A stretch of DNA of 64,000 nt from Candidatus Kapaibacterium sp. (GTDB taxonomy: Bacteria; Bacteroidota; Ignavibacteria; Kapaibacteriales; UBA2268). This document shows, in pieces, positions 47,001 to 56,100 of the stretch. Made by a program: the position numbers and the translations under genes. Under the pieces are notes generated by a model. That model saw only the letters and a program-made list of their open reading frames with translations. It was not told the DNA's origin and did no database searches. The stretch is taken from positions 1,248,001 to 1,312,000 of the forward strand of contig OY761611.1 of assembly GCA_963664875.1 (NCBI GenBank), read 5' to 3'. Within the stretch, counting starts at the first letter, position 1. The number at the start of each line of letters is the position of its first letter.

Positions 47001-48376
47001 GAAAAAGCGATGTCTTGTATCTCTTTTACATTTATCCTTAATGCCTCGTAGGCAGCTTCTTCTATAAATGAGCCTGTACCAGCAGAGCAGGCTTCATTCA
47101 TAGCATAATCAGCAGGAACCTGATTAACGATATAAGTATATTTTGCGTCCTGGCCGCCAATTTCAAAGATTGTATCTACATCTTTGTCAAAATGGACAGC
47201 AGCGTTGGCGTGAGCAATAATTTCATTTATAATACCATCAGTGCCGGCATGCAAGCCGGCAATATGTCTTCCCGAACCTGTAACACCAACTCCAATAATC
47301 TTTGCATCATTGCCAACTTCTTCTAAAATTGTTTTATAGCAGTCTCTTGCTGCACGAATAGGGTCACCGGATGTGTAAAGATATATAGAAGAGATAATTT
47401 CTAGATCTGTAGTGTCTATCAGAACAGCTTTAGTTGTAGTTGAGCCAACATCGAGCCCAAGAACATATTTTTTGGCGACATCATAAGTGCCACGCTTTGC
47501 ATCGCTGAAAGTAACTTTATCTTTGAAATTATCTAATGGCTTTAAAAAGTCGAAAGAGCTTTGAGCTTCGATAAATACTTCATCAGTTTCCTGAAGTGTA
47601 GATGTATCGTGCTCAGCAGCATAGATAGCAGCACCAAGAGCTTCTAAATATGGAGCTTCTTCAGGAATAAATAAATCAGAATATGATTTTTTTAGGTAGC
47701 TCATTACTGAAGCATTTTGGCTAATACCGCCGGCAATGAGAATAGATTCGCTATTGAGTTTCGCCATTAGTTCATCAGCTTTGTCAGCTATCATTTCACA
47801 TAGACCGGCTGCAACTTCGCCTTTAGGAATACCTTTGTTTAGGGCATGAGTGCAATCAGACTTACAAAAAACAGAACATCTGCCCGACACATGAAAAGGC
47901 TCTTTATCGCGACTAATTTGCATAGTCTCCTCGAGCGACAAATCCATTCTTTTGATTTGCTGCATAAAGAATTCGCCTGTTCCTGAGGCACATTGATTCT
48001 TAGTATGAACATTGGATATATGTCCTGTGGCATCGAGACTGTAAACCATAAAGGTTTCGCCACCGAGTGAGGCTACACCGTCGAACTTTTTATCTTTAAA
48101 ATAAAATTGTAAAGCTGATTCTGTTGCTTCCGGTTCCGAGATATTAGCAATATTCAAAATATTACGGAATTTTCTGCCTGTGGCAGCAATAGGATATTTT
48201 GATGAGTATTTCGAGTTTAATATATCTAAAAGTTTGTGTTTGGGGTCGCCATTATGAGCCATATTTTCTGCATCAATAACAGAATAACTATTATCTTCGT
48301 TTCTTTCAACTAAACAATATGATACGGATGAAGCACCGAGGCAAACACCAAAAGCTCTTGTCATAACACAAACCAT
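44045..48376 (-). CDS. Multidomain acyl-CoA dehydratase activase (two BadF/BcrAD-type ATPase domains plus dehydratase-like C-terminal domains)
   Basis: CASGTGEFF, GRCSVF, GLDVGSTTTK, EIGGQDAK, MNEACSAGTGSF, NFSCGPDS and PFGCMP. Confidence 0.9.
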   Translation of the reverse strand: MVCVMTRAFGVCLGASSVSYCLVERNEDNSYSVIDAENMAHNGDPKHKLLDILNSKYSSKYPIAATGRKFRNILNIANISEPEATESALQFYFKDKKFDGVASLGGETFMVYSLDATGHISNVHTKNQCASGTGEFFMQQIKRMDLSLEETMQISRDKEPFHVSGRCSVFCKSDCTHALNKGIPKGEVAAGLCEMIADKADELMAKLNSESILIAGGISQNASVMSYLKKSYSDLFIPEEAPYLEALGAAIYAAEHDTSTLQETDEVFIEAQSSFDFLKPLDNFKDKVTFSDAKRGTYDVAKKYVLGLDVGSTTTKAVLIDTTDLEIISSIYLYTSGDPIRAARDCYKTILEEVGNDAKIIGVGVTGSGRHIAGLHAGTDGIINEIIAHANAAVHFDKDVDTIFEIGGQDAKYTYIVNQVPADYAMNEACSAGTGSFIEEAAYEALRINVKEIQDIAFSAKRPPNFSDQCAAFISSDIKTAMQEGISKEDVVAGLVYSICMNYVNRVKGNRNIGNKIFMQGGVCYNKAIPVAMAALTGADIIVPPDPGLMGAFGVALGIAERIELGIMPKKEFDLSALSQREVSYKENFICAGGKEKCDLKCSIARIEIDGKTYPFGGACDKYYNLSGERSEITEFDYVKRRNELTYESFCESVNLPDNAPTVGINLSFHTHSLYPLYFNFFSKLGFKVVLPEKLHPEGQEREATSFCFPAQLSLGYFRELIDLNPDYYFIPSIFEMQVEEGTYQRLDFNCTCVFLSGETYYLKQAFKDLVDLDKVIAPHLNFANGLQKEKERFIESALKMGVSDRSRIDKAFEEAVKIQYEYQAEKRKLGGKFLAMLEEDPERTAIVILGRPYNAFTDTANKGIPRKFSSKGVYVVPFDLFDYRDLPIEDNMYWEGGKKILKAAKIVQEHPQLFATYISNFSCGPDSMLLTTFREMMGTKPSLTLELDGHTADAGINTRIDAALDVISNYRKMQQQKIEDKKDDFQIADVILDDKQSWFIASDGKKIPLESPEVAILIPSMGDLASEMVAAAFRAIGYNAHALPEATPEVLKYGRSVANGKECLPIVLMAGGMLDWLENHRRDEKYVAFFNVQGAGNCRLGQYPVFMRHVIRSKKLENVAQVTLMNEDGFAGFGSDFSKIAIQAIIVSDVLDDVRSAIMANAVDPDKGLEIFYEEYEKVKANFVKDKGSLYSSLETLSKNIKAKVAARIPIHHSKYVALVGEIYVRRDGFSHKWLNKHFAKKGFVVKDAYISEWVFYVDYLLKINLLEPDKSIKKKFERFVREYFMRGAEKKVKKILEKSGYYQYMKTEIAPLLDHSKHILPLEYKGEPGLTLGVALHETLDKYCGVINIGPFGCMPTRFSEAITAPEMTVAKKLEIMQTHNPSYRMSEIFNGNMNIPFLTIETDGNVYPQVIEARIETFTLQAERAAGLMIQAGVNGYGKL

Positions 48377-48392
48377 CCAAGTTTAAAACAAA

Positions 48393-49244
48393 TTACCTAA
48401 CGGCTTCCCATTCCTTAGAAACCGATTTATTGAAGAGCATCACAGTGATTGAGTTCAAAGTCCAATAGAAAATAGTTTTAAGATAGCCGTATTTTCTAAA
48501 CCTGCGTGGTGATTCATATACCTGTATGTCATGTGCAAATTTGATTTTTGCAACTTTAGCAATACGTCTGTAAAGGTCGAAGTCCTCACCTGCTACTATA
48601 TCGTTGTTATATCCGTTGACTCTGTCAAATACTTCTTTTTTGATTACCTGACACTCTCCCCTGCCCATACCCATGCCAACTTTATTCAGCAAATCAACAT
48701 AAGTATTATGCAAAGTGTAAAATACTTTATCTTTAAAAAGGATTTCGTCAGGAAAACCGGTTACACTAATCGCAAGAGCGTCGGCTTTGGCATATTTGCC
48801 CTTACCTTGTCTCCATTCTTCTATCTTAGTAAAGAACTGCTCTGCATCAACAGGAATTGAGTCTCCGTTTATAAAAACCAAAGTATCAGTAGAAGCGACC
48901 TCAGCACCTCTGTTTCTTCCTTCGGCAATTGTCTGTCTTCTATCTTCAGTGTGAACTACCACTTTATCAGCATATTTTTCAGCTAATTTGACTGTGTTGT
49001 CAGTACTTCCGCCATCACTTACAATAATCTCGAAACCGAACTTTTTCCTCAATTCATCATTATAAAACTGAAGATTTTGCTCGATAAGCTTTTCCTCGTG
49101 ATACACAGGGATAACTAAGCTCATCTTAAAAGCTGTTTTTTTTGATATTTCAGCGAATTTGCCGGGTACTGTATTTGGAACAGTTATATCTCTATATTTT
49201 CCGGTTTCAAAAGTCAATTTTGCCTCTGTTTTCTCTTCATTCAA
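48393..49244 (-). CDS. Glycosyltransferase family 2
   Basis: SLVIPVYHEE, IIVSDGGSTD, GRNRGA, GEDFDL and SPRRF. Confidence 0.9.
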   Translation of the reverse strand: MNEEKTEAKLTFETGKYRDITVPNTVPGKFAEISKKTAFKMSLVIPVYHEEKLIEQNLQFYNDELRKKFGFEIIVSDGGSTDNTVKLAEKYADKVVVHTEDRRQTIAEGRNRGAEVASTDTLVFINGDSIPVDAEQFFTKIEEWRQGKGKYAKADALAISVTGFPDEILFKDKVFYTLHNTYVDLLNKVGMGMGRGECQVIKKEVFDRVNGYNNDIVAGEDFDLYRRIAKVAKIKFAHDIQVYESPRRFRKYGYLKTIFYWTLNSITVMLFNKSVSKEWEAVR

Positions 49245-49280
49245 ACATGTAATTTACTAAAAAAAGAAATATCAATAAAG

Positions 49281-50324
49281 TTATAACTCAAAAGGATAGA
49301 ACAGGAAGTATTTTGTTCCGCTGTCTCCAAATGATATGGCAGGAGCCGGAAATTTTAAATAATTAGCACTTTGTCGTAACCAATTCCAAAATGAGCCCTT
49401 CGCATCTGGAATCAAATGTACCAGATTATAATCTAAAGCAATAATAAATCTTCTGTCTCCCCAAGCTTTGTCACTAACTTTCAATGATTTTTCAGGATCG
49501 TAAGGTTCGGTTGAACCCGGTGCATAAAGATTACGAGCCGCATAACCTATACTTAATTCTAACCATTTAGGCCAATAGGATTTCATGGCTTTAGGCAATA
49601 GATTATGCACATTTATTGATAGCCACATAGTGTGAGAGCTATAATTATCTATAAATTGATCATGAGGAACTCTATCGTTTTGACCGTGCCATTTGGGCGG
49701 CATATAGGAAAACTTAGGAGTAAAATTTTGCAGAAAAGGAGAATAGTACTGCCCTATAAAAAATGCAGCACCTGCAATATCACAATAAAAATCAGAAGGT
49801 GAAAATCCCCAATTAGCTCCGTACCCATCCAATATTTCAATGTATGTGTTATAAGCAAGCCCCATTACACCGCCCCAAATTGTGGCAGCCTCCCAGGATA
49901 GCCCTGCCTGGAGCAAGCCTTCGCTCATGAAATATCCCATATAGTAAGTCCCGAAAAAATGTCCTGCTTTATCAGCCCAAAGAGCATATTCCCCATCTTC
50001 CATAATTCTAAAACTTGTCTGTTCTGTCCATATAGTTTCCATTTGCCACTTGTGTTGCAAATAAAAAAAAGTACCATAAACAGCACCAAATCCTGCAAGG
50101 TTCCAAGGTTTTATATCAGTATAGCGTAACGGCAAATCACCAGTAACAGTATATCTGGGCATATTTGCATAGAAAAATTCTTCAGGTGTTATTTTTTTTG
50201 TAGAATCAGTAAAAGTTCCTAATTTTGGTTTGTTAATTTCAGTATCTTGAGTCCCATCAGAAGCATATATTTCTATTTGAATCAAAATTAAAATTAGAAG
50301 CAAGTATTTAAGTATTTTACGCAT
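49281..50324 (-). CDS. DUF2279/YfiM-like exported protein
   Basis: ADKAGHFFGTY, IEILDGY...WGFSPSD, DNY..HT.WLS and KFPAPA. Confidence 0.75.
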   Translation of the reverse strand: MRKILKYLLLILILIQIEIYASDGTQDTEINKPKLGTFTDSTKKITPEEFFYANMPRYTVTGDLPLRYTDIKPWNLAGFGAVYGTFFYLQHKWQMETIWTEQTSFRIMEDGEYALWADKAGHFFGTYYMGYFMSEGLLQAGLSWEAATIWGGVMGLAYNTYIEILDGYGANWGFSPSDFYCDIAGAAFFIGQYYSPFLQNFTPKFSYMPPKWHGQNDRVPHDQFIDNYSSHTMWLSINVHNLLPKAMKSYWPKWLELSIGYAARNLYAPGSTEPYDPEKSLKVSDKAWGDRRFIIALDYNLVHLIPDAKGSFWNWLRQSANYLKFPAPAISFGDSGTKYFLFYPFEL

Positions 50325-50441
50325 TTTTATACTCGTTTTTTGGTATGATATTTGTTAAGTATTTAGATAAGTTCTTATTTTACATATAGTAGTGTTGGTA
50401 CAGGAAAAAGTTCATTTACTAATTTAACAAAAATATACGTC

Positions 50442-51542
50442 ATGAAAGCACAGGGAAACATAATAAAAAAATACAGAGAGCAGAAAGGTCTCAGTATTAA
50501 AGAAGTAAGCGAGAGAACCAAAATCAGACCTTACATAATTGAAGCATTAGAAGCAGGAAATTTTGCTATTATGTCTCCTATTTATGTGAAATCATTTTTG
50601 AAAACACTTGCTCAATTTTTGGAATTTAATCTTTCTGAGATAGAGCTTACGGTGCAATCATCGAACGAGCCCCAGACACAGCCTGCTATCGTAAAAGAAC
50701 CTATCAAAGAAGCTCCGAAAGAGGTAAAGCAGCCTGAGCAAACTGCAGCTGAAGAAGTAAAAATTATCACTCCGATAGAAGCAGAAAAAGAAAAATATAA
50801 GAAGAAGAAACCTGCAAAGCCGGCAAAAACTATATCTTTTGATGACGAAAACCCGGGAACACCTAATCATCCAAAACAATCTGCTGCAACTGACTATGCA
50901 GCAATGTTTAAAAAAGCAAACAAACCACAAATAAGTACTACGCAAATAATAAATTACTCTGCTGTAGCTGCAATATTTGTAGCTTTAGTACTGATTATTT
51001 ACTTTACTTTTTTTGATGAAGGTCCTCAATCTGAAGCAACCGCAATCATTCAGGATCAAATTGCCAGCGAAATTGACACTACCATAATAGGTGGCGAAGA
51101 CAAAGGCTTACTCAATTATTTTGAAGAACCTGACAGTCTTACTCTTGAAGCTGAAGCAATAGAGGACTGTTGGATGAGAATAGAAATGGATGGTGAAAGA
51201 ATGGAAGAGCTCACTATAAAAGCCGGACAAATTAAAACATGGAAAGCTTATGAGTTTTTCTCGATTAGCCAGGGCAATGTAGGCGGTGTCGTTTTCAAAC
51301 GCAACGGCAAACTGCTCGAACCATTCGGAAGTAGAAGCAGTGTCGTGCGAAACATAAAAATCACAAAATCTGCTGTGCTAAATGCCAACAAAGAGGCACA
51401 GGATTCTATTCGCCAGAGATACAAGCTGATTCGTAAAAATTCAAATACTTCAAACGTACCTAAAATGATTCAGCCTGCTACTATCAAAACAGTTGATCCC
51501 GCACAGCTTATTGATAAAAAAAATAAAGAGGGAAATCAATAA
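50442..51542 (+). CDS. rodZ: Cytoskeleton protein RodZ-like
   Basis: N-terminal HTH (REQKGLSIKEVSERTKIR..IEALE.G, YVKSFLK), one TM helix and a C-terminal DUF4115-like domain (CWMRI..DG, GNVGGV). Confidence 0.8.
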   Translation: MKAQGNIIKKYREQKGLSIKEVSERTKIRPYIIEALEAGNFAIMSPIYVKSFLKTLAQFLEFNLSEIELTVQSSNEPQTQPAIVKEPIKEAPKEVKQPEQTAAEEVKIITPIEAEKEKYKKKKPAKPAKTISFDDENPGTPNHPKQSAATDYAAMFKKANKPQISTTQIINYSAVAAIFVALVLIIYFTFFDEGPQSEATAIIQDQIASEIDTTIIGGEDKGLLNYFEEPDSLTLEAEAIEDCWMRIEMDGERMEELTIKAGQIKTWKAYEFFSISQGNVGGVVFKRNGKLLEPFGSRSSVVRNIKITKSAVLNANKEAQDSIRQRYKLIRKNSNTSNVPKMIQPATIKTVDPAQLIDKKNKEGNQ

Positions 51543-51557
51543 AAGATTATATTTCGG

Positions 51558-52529
51558 CTATACCCCACTACTTATGATATCGTGTATTCGAATTACTCCG
51601 ACGCACTTTCCTTCGTCGGAGACAACCGGTAAAACGCTTATTTGGCTTTTTCTGTTTTCCATTAGAGAAAGAGCTTCTGCAAGATAGCTGTGTTCCTTTA
51701 CTTTCACAGGGGATTTAGTCATTATTTCTTCAATTGAGACACTGTCTAAATCTTTCACATTTTGAAATATCCTTCTAATGTCCCCATCGGTAACTAAACC
51801 AATCAAGAAATCATTTTTATCACAAACACAAACACAACCAAGGGATTTATTACTCATTTCCAAAATCAACGACCGCATATCTGCATCAGGGCTAATTTTT
51901 GGAGTTTTCTCTTTTGAGTGCATTACATCTTTAACTTGTAGTGTAATGTTTCGTCCGATTTGACCTGATGGATGTAACCTTGAAAAATCCTCCTGGGTTA
52001 CACCTCTAACCTTCATCACTGCTACTGCAAGTGCATCTCCAAGGGCTAATGCAACGGTAGTGCTTGTAGTTGGTGCCAAATTAAAAGGGCAGGCTTCTTT
52101 CTCAACTGTAGCATTGAGAGCAATGTCAGCAGCCCTTGCAAGGTAAGATTCCATATTGCCAACAATAGCAATAATTTTAGCTTTTCTCATTTTTAAATAT
52201 GGGATAAATCTGACAAGTTCTTCTGTGCCGCCTGATTTTGAAAGAAGAATAGCAACATCTCCCTCCTGGACTATGCCGATATCTCCATGCAAAGCATCTA
52301 CAGGGTGCAAAAATACAGATGAAACACCTATGGAAGAAAGAGTTGCAGAAATCTTATTGCCGATATTACCGGATTTACCTACACCTGTAACTACAATTTT
52401 ATGAGCATTTGCAACAAGACTTACAGCATTTGCAAATTGATCGTCTAAAAATGTTTTTACCTTTTCCATAGCCTGAATTTCTTCATCAAAAACTCTTTGG
52501 GCTTCCGCAAGTATTGTTGATTTATCCAT
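51558..52529 (-). CDS. kdsD: Arabinose-5-phosphate isomerase (KpsF/GutQ family)
   Basis: TGVGKSG, HGDIG, EACPFNLAPTTST, HPSG and tandem CBS domains; TATTTTTG element at 52559-52566 supports the MDKST start. Confidence 0.92.
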   Translation of the reverse strand: MDKSTILAEAQRVFDEEIQAMEKVKTFLDDQFANAVSLVANAHKIVVTGVGKSGNIGNKISATLSSIGVSSVFLHPVDALHGDIGIVQEGDVAILLSKSGGTEELVRFIPYLKMRKAKIIAIVGNMESYLARAADIALNATVEKEACPFNLAPTTSTTVALALGDALAVAVMKVRGVTQEDFSRLHPSGQIGRNITLQVKDVMHSKEKTPKISPDADMRSLILEMSNKSLGCVCVCDKNDFLIGLVTDGDIRRIFQNVKDLDSVSIEEIMTKSPVKVKEHSYLAEALSLMENRKSQISVLPVVSDEGKCVGVIRIHDIISSGV

Positions 52530-52674
52530 CGATTTTGTCTTTTTAAATTGAATAATCACAAAAATAGCAAATAAGAAATTAACTACAAGGATGAGATTTT
52601 AGTATATTGACAATCACAACAAAAAAGAGACGCTAAAAAATGCGCCTCTCTTGTAAATTAGATAGAAGACAAGA

Positions 52675-53019
52675 TCAACCGGGAGGCCAATTTAGAGGTC
52701 TTCCTCCGATTAGATGGACATGCAGATGAAATACAGTTTGACCTGCCCCTTCATTACAATTAACCACGAGACGATAACCGTCATCGGACAATCCCTCATT
52801 TTTTGCAATTTCTTTAGCTGCTAAAAATAGTTTACCGATAAGAACCGCATCTTCTTCAGTAACATCGTTGACAGTAGCTATTTGCTTTTTGGGGATAATT
52901 AAAATATGAGTCGGAGCCTGTGGACTAATATCTCTAAAAGCAAGCACTTCTTCATTTTCGAAGACTATATCAGCAGGCAAACTTTTGTCTATGATTTTCG
53001 AGAATATTGTATCTGCCAT
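52675..53019 (-). CDS. hinT: Histidine triad nucleotide-binding protein
   Basis: [34 protein letters not shown] and WPPG. Confidence 0.95.
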   Translation of the reverse strand: MADTIFSKIIDKSLPADIVFENEEVLAFRDISPQAPTHILIIPKKQIATVNDVTEEDAVLIGKLFLAAKEIAKNEGLSDDGYRLVVNCNEGAGQTVFHLHVHLIGGRPLNWPPG

Positions 53020-53044
53020 TTCAATCATCTCTCCTGACTATTTT

Positions 53045-53079
53045 AAAAAAAAGCCCCCCACTACTAAAAGCGGGGAGCT
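53045..53079 (-). terminator. Putative terminator after the large surface-protein gene
   Basis: GC stem GCCCCCC..GCGGGGAGC next to an A9 run (U-tract on the minus strand). Confidence 0.55.
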
Positions 53080-53101
53080 AATATATCAGTAATTGATATT
53101 A

Positions 53102-56100
53102 CTATCTAAGAACGTTTACTTTTGTAGAAACAACAGTTGCACCTGAAGTCATTCTCAAGATATAAGTACCTTGAGCAACAGGCATATTGTTGTTGTCATC
53201 AGCATTCCATTCAACTGAGTTCAAGCCGCGAGAAGCGCCATCAACACTGAATGTTTTAACAACGTTACCATAGATGTCAACGATATCGATATTTACATCA
53301 CCAGATTGTGGCAATACAAATTGGATAGTTGCAGAAGTTTCTACTTTGCTTGGCAAGCTTGTAATAGAAGCATCACCGAAGTCATAAGTAAGAACAACTA
53401 AGTTATCATTAGGACAGTTGTGAACGCCGTTGAAGTCAACGTTGCGTAATCTGTATTCGTAAGTAGTATTGAATACAACTTGTTCGTCAGCGTAGTTGTA
53501 CTGAGTAACAGAAGATTTGTTACCTTGACCTTCTACCCAACCGATTTGATGCCATTCGTCGCCCATTGCAGGGATTCTTCTTTCTACAAAGAAGCCACTA
53601 TTGTTTTCTTCCCATGCAGTTGACCAGTTAAGATCGATAGCACCTTTGCGAACCTGACCGTCGAAATCGCCTCTGTATTCTACAGGGATAAGATCGCAAT
53701 CTTCTTCGAAGTTACCAGGAGTTTCAGTTTTGTTACCGAAGAAAGGTCTTAGTAACGGAATCCAAGTACCACGAGTAAGAGTATGAGTATAACCATCAAC
53801 TGTAGAATTACCAAAGTGACCTGAGTGAGGATACATTGGGTTACCAAAAGTAGGCATACCTGCAAACCACTGATTAGTAGAAGCTACGTTTTCAGCTGCA
53901 AAGATGTTGTTGTTAATCAAGTTGTTGTTAGCATCGTATTTTCTCAATGATTTGTCAATCATTAAGTGAGTACCCCAACCACCAAGAGCAGCAGGCTGTT
54001 GATTGATAGTTACGAACGTAGAGCGCATACCCATTCTTTCTTTAGATGCAGCAAGTTCAAGACCTGTTTCACCCAACTGAGCGATAGCAATCCAGTAAGT
54101 ACCCGGAGGTAAAATCACAGGTTTGTCAAGTAGATAAGTACCGTATTCACCCCAGCCAGGTTGGTTAGGAGCTACCGGATTACCATTTTTGTCCAAATCA
54201 CGAATACCTCTTTGAGCAGGTAATAATGTACCGGCGATTTCGATGCTTGGTAAGTCATTGTTGTCAGTGTAAGCTAAGAATCTGATATGATCAGGAGCCA
54301 TGTTTTTTCTACCAAATGAAGCTTGATAACCTCTAAGAGTATCTTGGTTTCTAAGTACAAATTTCATCGCAATCTGACCTGAACCGTTACCGGCGTTAAC
54401 ACCTGCAGCAGCTTGATCCGGATCCCAACCTGATTGGTAAACGTTAGTACCGATACCACCAGTATTAGAAGCGTACAAGTTTAGACCTCTACCAGTAGAG
54501 TTAGTAAACTGGCTTGATTCAACGTCATTTTGAGCATTGTTTGATTCGTAAGCGAATACGTTACCAAATTTAAGATCTACATAAGTGAAAGTAGTATCGT
54601 TATTAGGTTTCAAATCGCCGTCTTCCATGATAGAGATAGCACGGATAGTGTATTGACCTTGACCTGTTTGTCTTGCATTCCAGCCTGGCATAGGTATTTC
54701 TGTAGCTACGCCAGATTCCATAGTAGCGATAGGGAATTTACGGCAGTAAACAGGAGTAACAGTAGGCCAGAAGTTTTCAGCTCTAAGATCTGTAATTCTA
54801 CCTTTGTAAATATCAACCTGAACTTCAAATGCTTTTGCAACAACAGAAGTGTTGTTAGACAATGAAACCCAAATTGGAATATTAGTAGCCTGAGAAGCAG
54901 GAGCTAATTCATAAGGCCATCTGATTTTAACAGCAGATACTTCGATATCTGTTTGTTCAGATGGGAATAGTAATGTTACGTTATCAACAAAGAAATCATC
55001 TTCGTCGTCATTGATATAAGGTAAACCTTTTTTATCATTTGTAGCTCTAACTTTGATTCTAAATCTAAAGTTTTTAGCACCTTCGTTTGGAGCATTGATA
55101 AATGTATCAGGGATAGCAACGAAGTATTTTTTGAATTCTTCGTCAAAACCTTCATCATATACTTCAGGTCTGAAACCATTAGGTTTCAAAGCACCGAAAT
55201 CAGGTTTAGAGAAAGAAGAGTCAGCATCTTGTTCCCAGAAACCAACCATATAACCACCGGCACCGTAAACAGTAAGAGCAGCCATATCAGTTACAGGAGC
55301 AACAGGCGCACCACCCCAAGCTCTGCGTGGGTGATTTCTCCATTTTTCATCAGGTATATTTGTAATAAATTTGATACCGTCAGGAGATGGTTGAGCTAAT
55401 TCAACAACGATTTCATCAGGAACAGCAGAAGCAGATCTTGTATTAGTGTACCAGCTCATCCAGTTCAAGTTTTGGAAAGCTAATGGTTCAGGACCGATAA
55501 GCTGACCATCACCAAAACCTCTCGGCCAATCTTTAGTAACAGGGTTAGCAACACGTGAAACTGACAAAGAAAGTACTGCATTGTATCTGTTTCTCATATC
55601 GATAGGGAATGATCTCAATTGGTCACCGCTCTTACCATCGCCATCAGCAGGGTGGTCAGCGCCGGAGAATTGAACTCTATTCATTTTGATACAAGGAGAT
55701 TCCAAGTTAATAGTATCACTTCTCAACCAATCAGCTTCCCATTGTGATCTAAATCTACCCAATGGTGGAAGTGGGTGGTGAGTAACTGATTCAGAAGGAA
55801 CAACTTCTGCGTCAATGTTTACCCATTTCAATACTGAAGGGATAGGACCACGGTCAGATACGTTAAATTGGTTAACGTTATCTTCAAATTGATCCAATCT
55901 GTTCATTACAAAAAGGTTGATGTTTGTTGTATCGTCAAACGGCCATTCATCGCCAAGAGTTTCACCAGTTTCAGGGTGAGAAGGATCAGCAATGATATAA
56001 GCGCGTAATCTACCAATGTTTGCAGGCTCGAATTCGTTTGGTTCAAATGGAGGGAAGAACACCTGTACGAAACCGTAAGGCGGAATACCATCATGACCTG

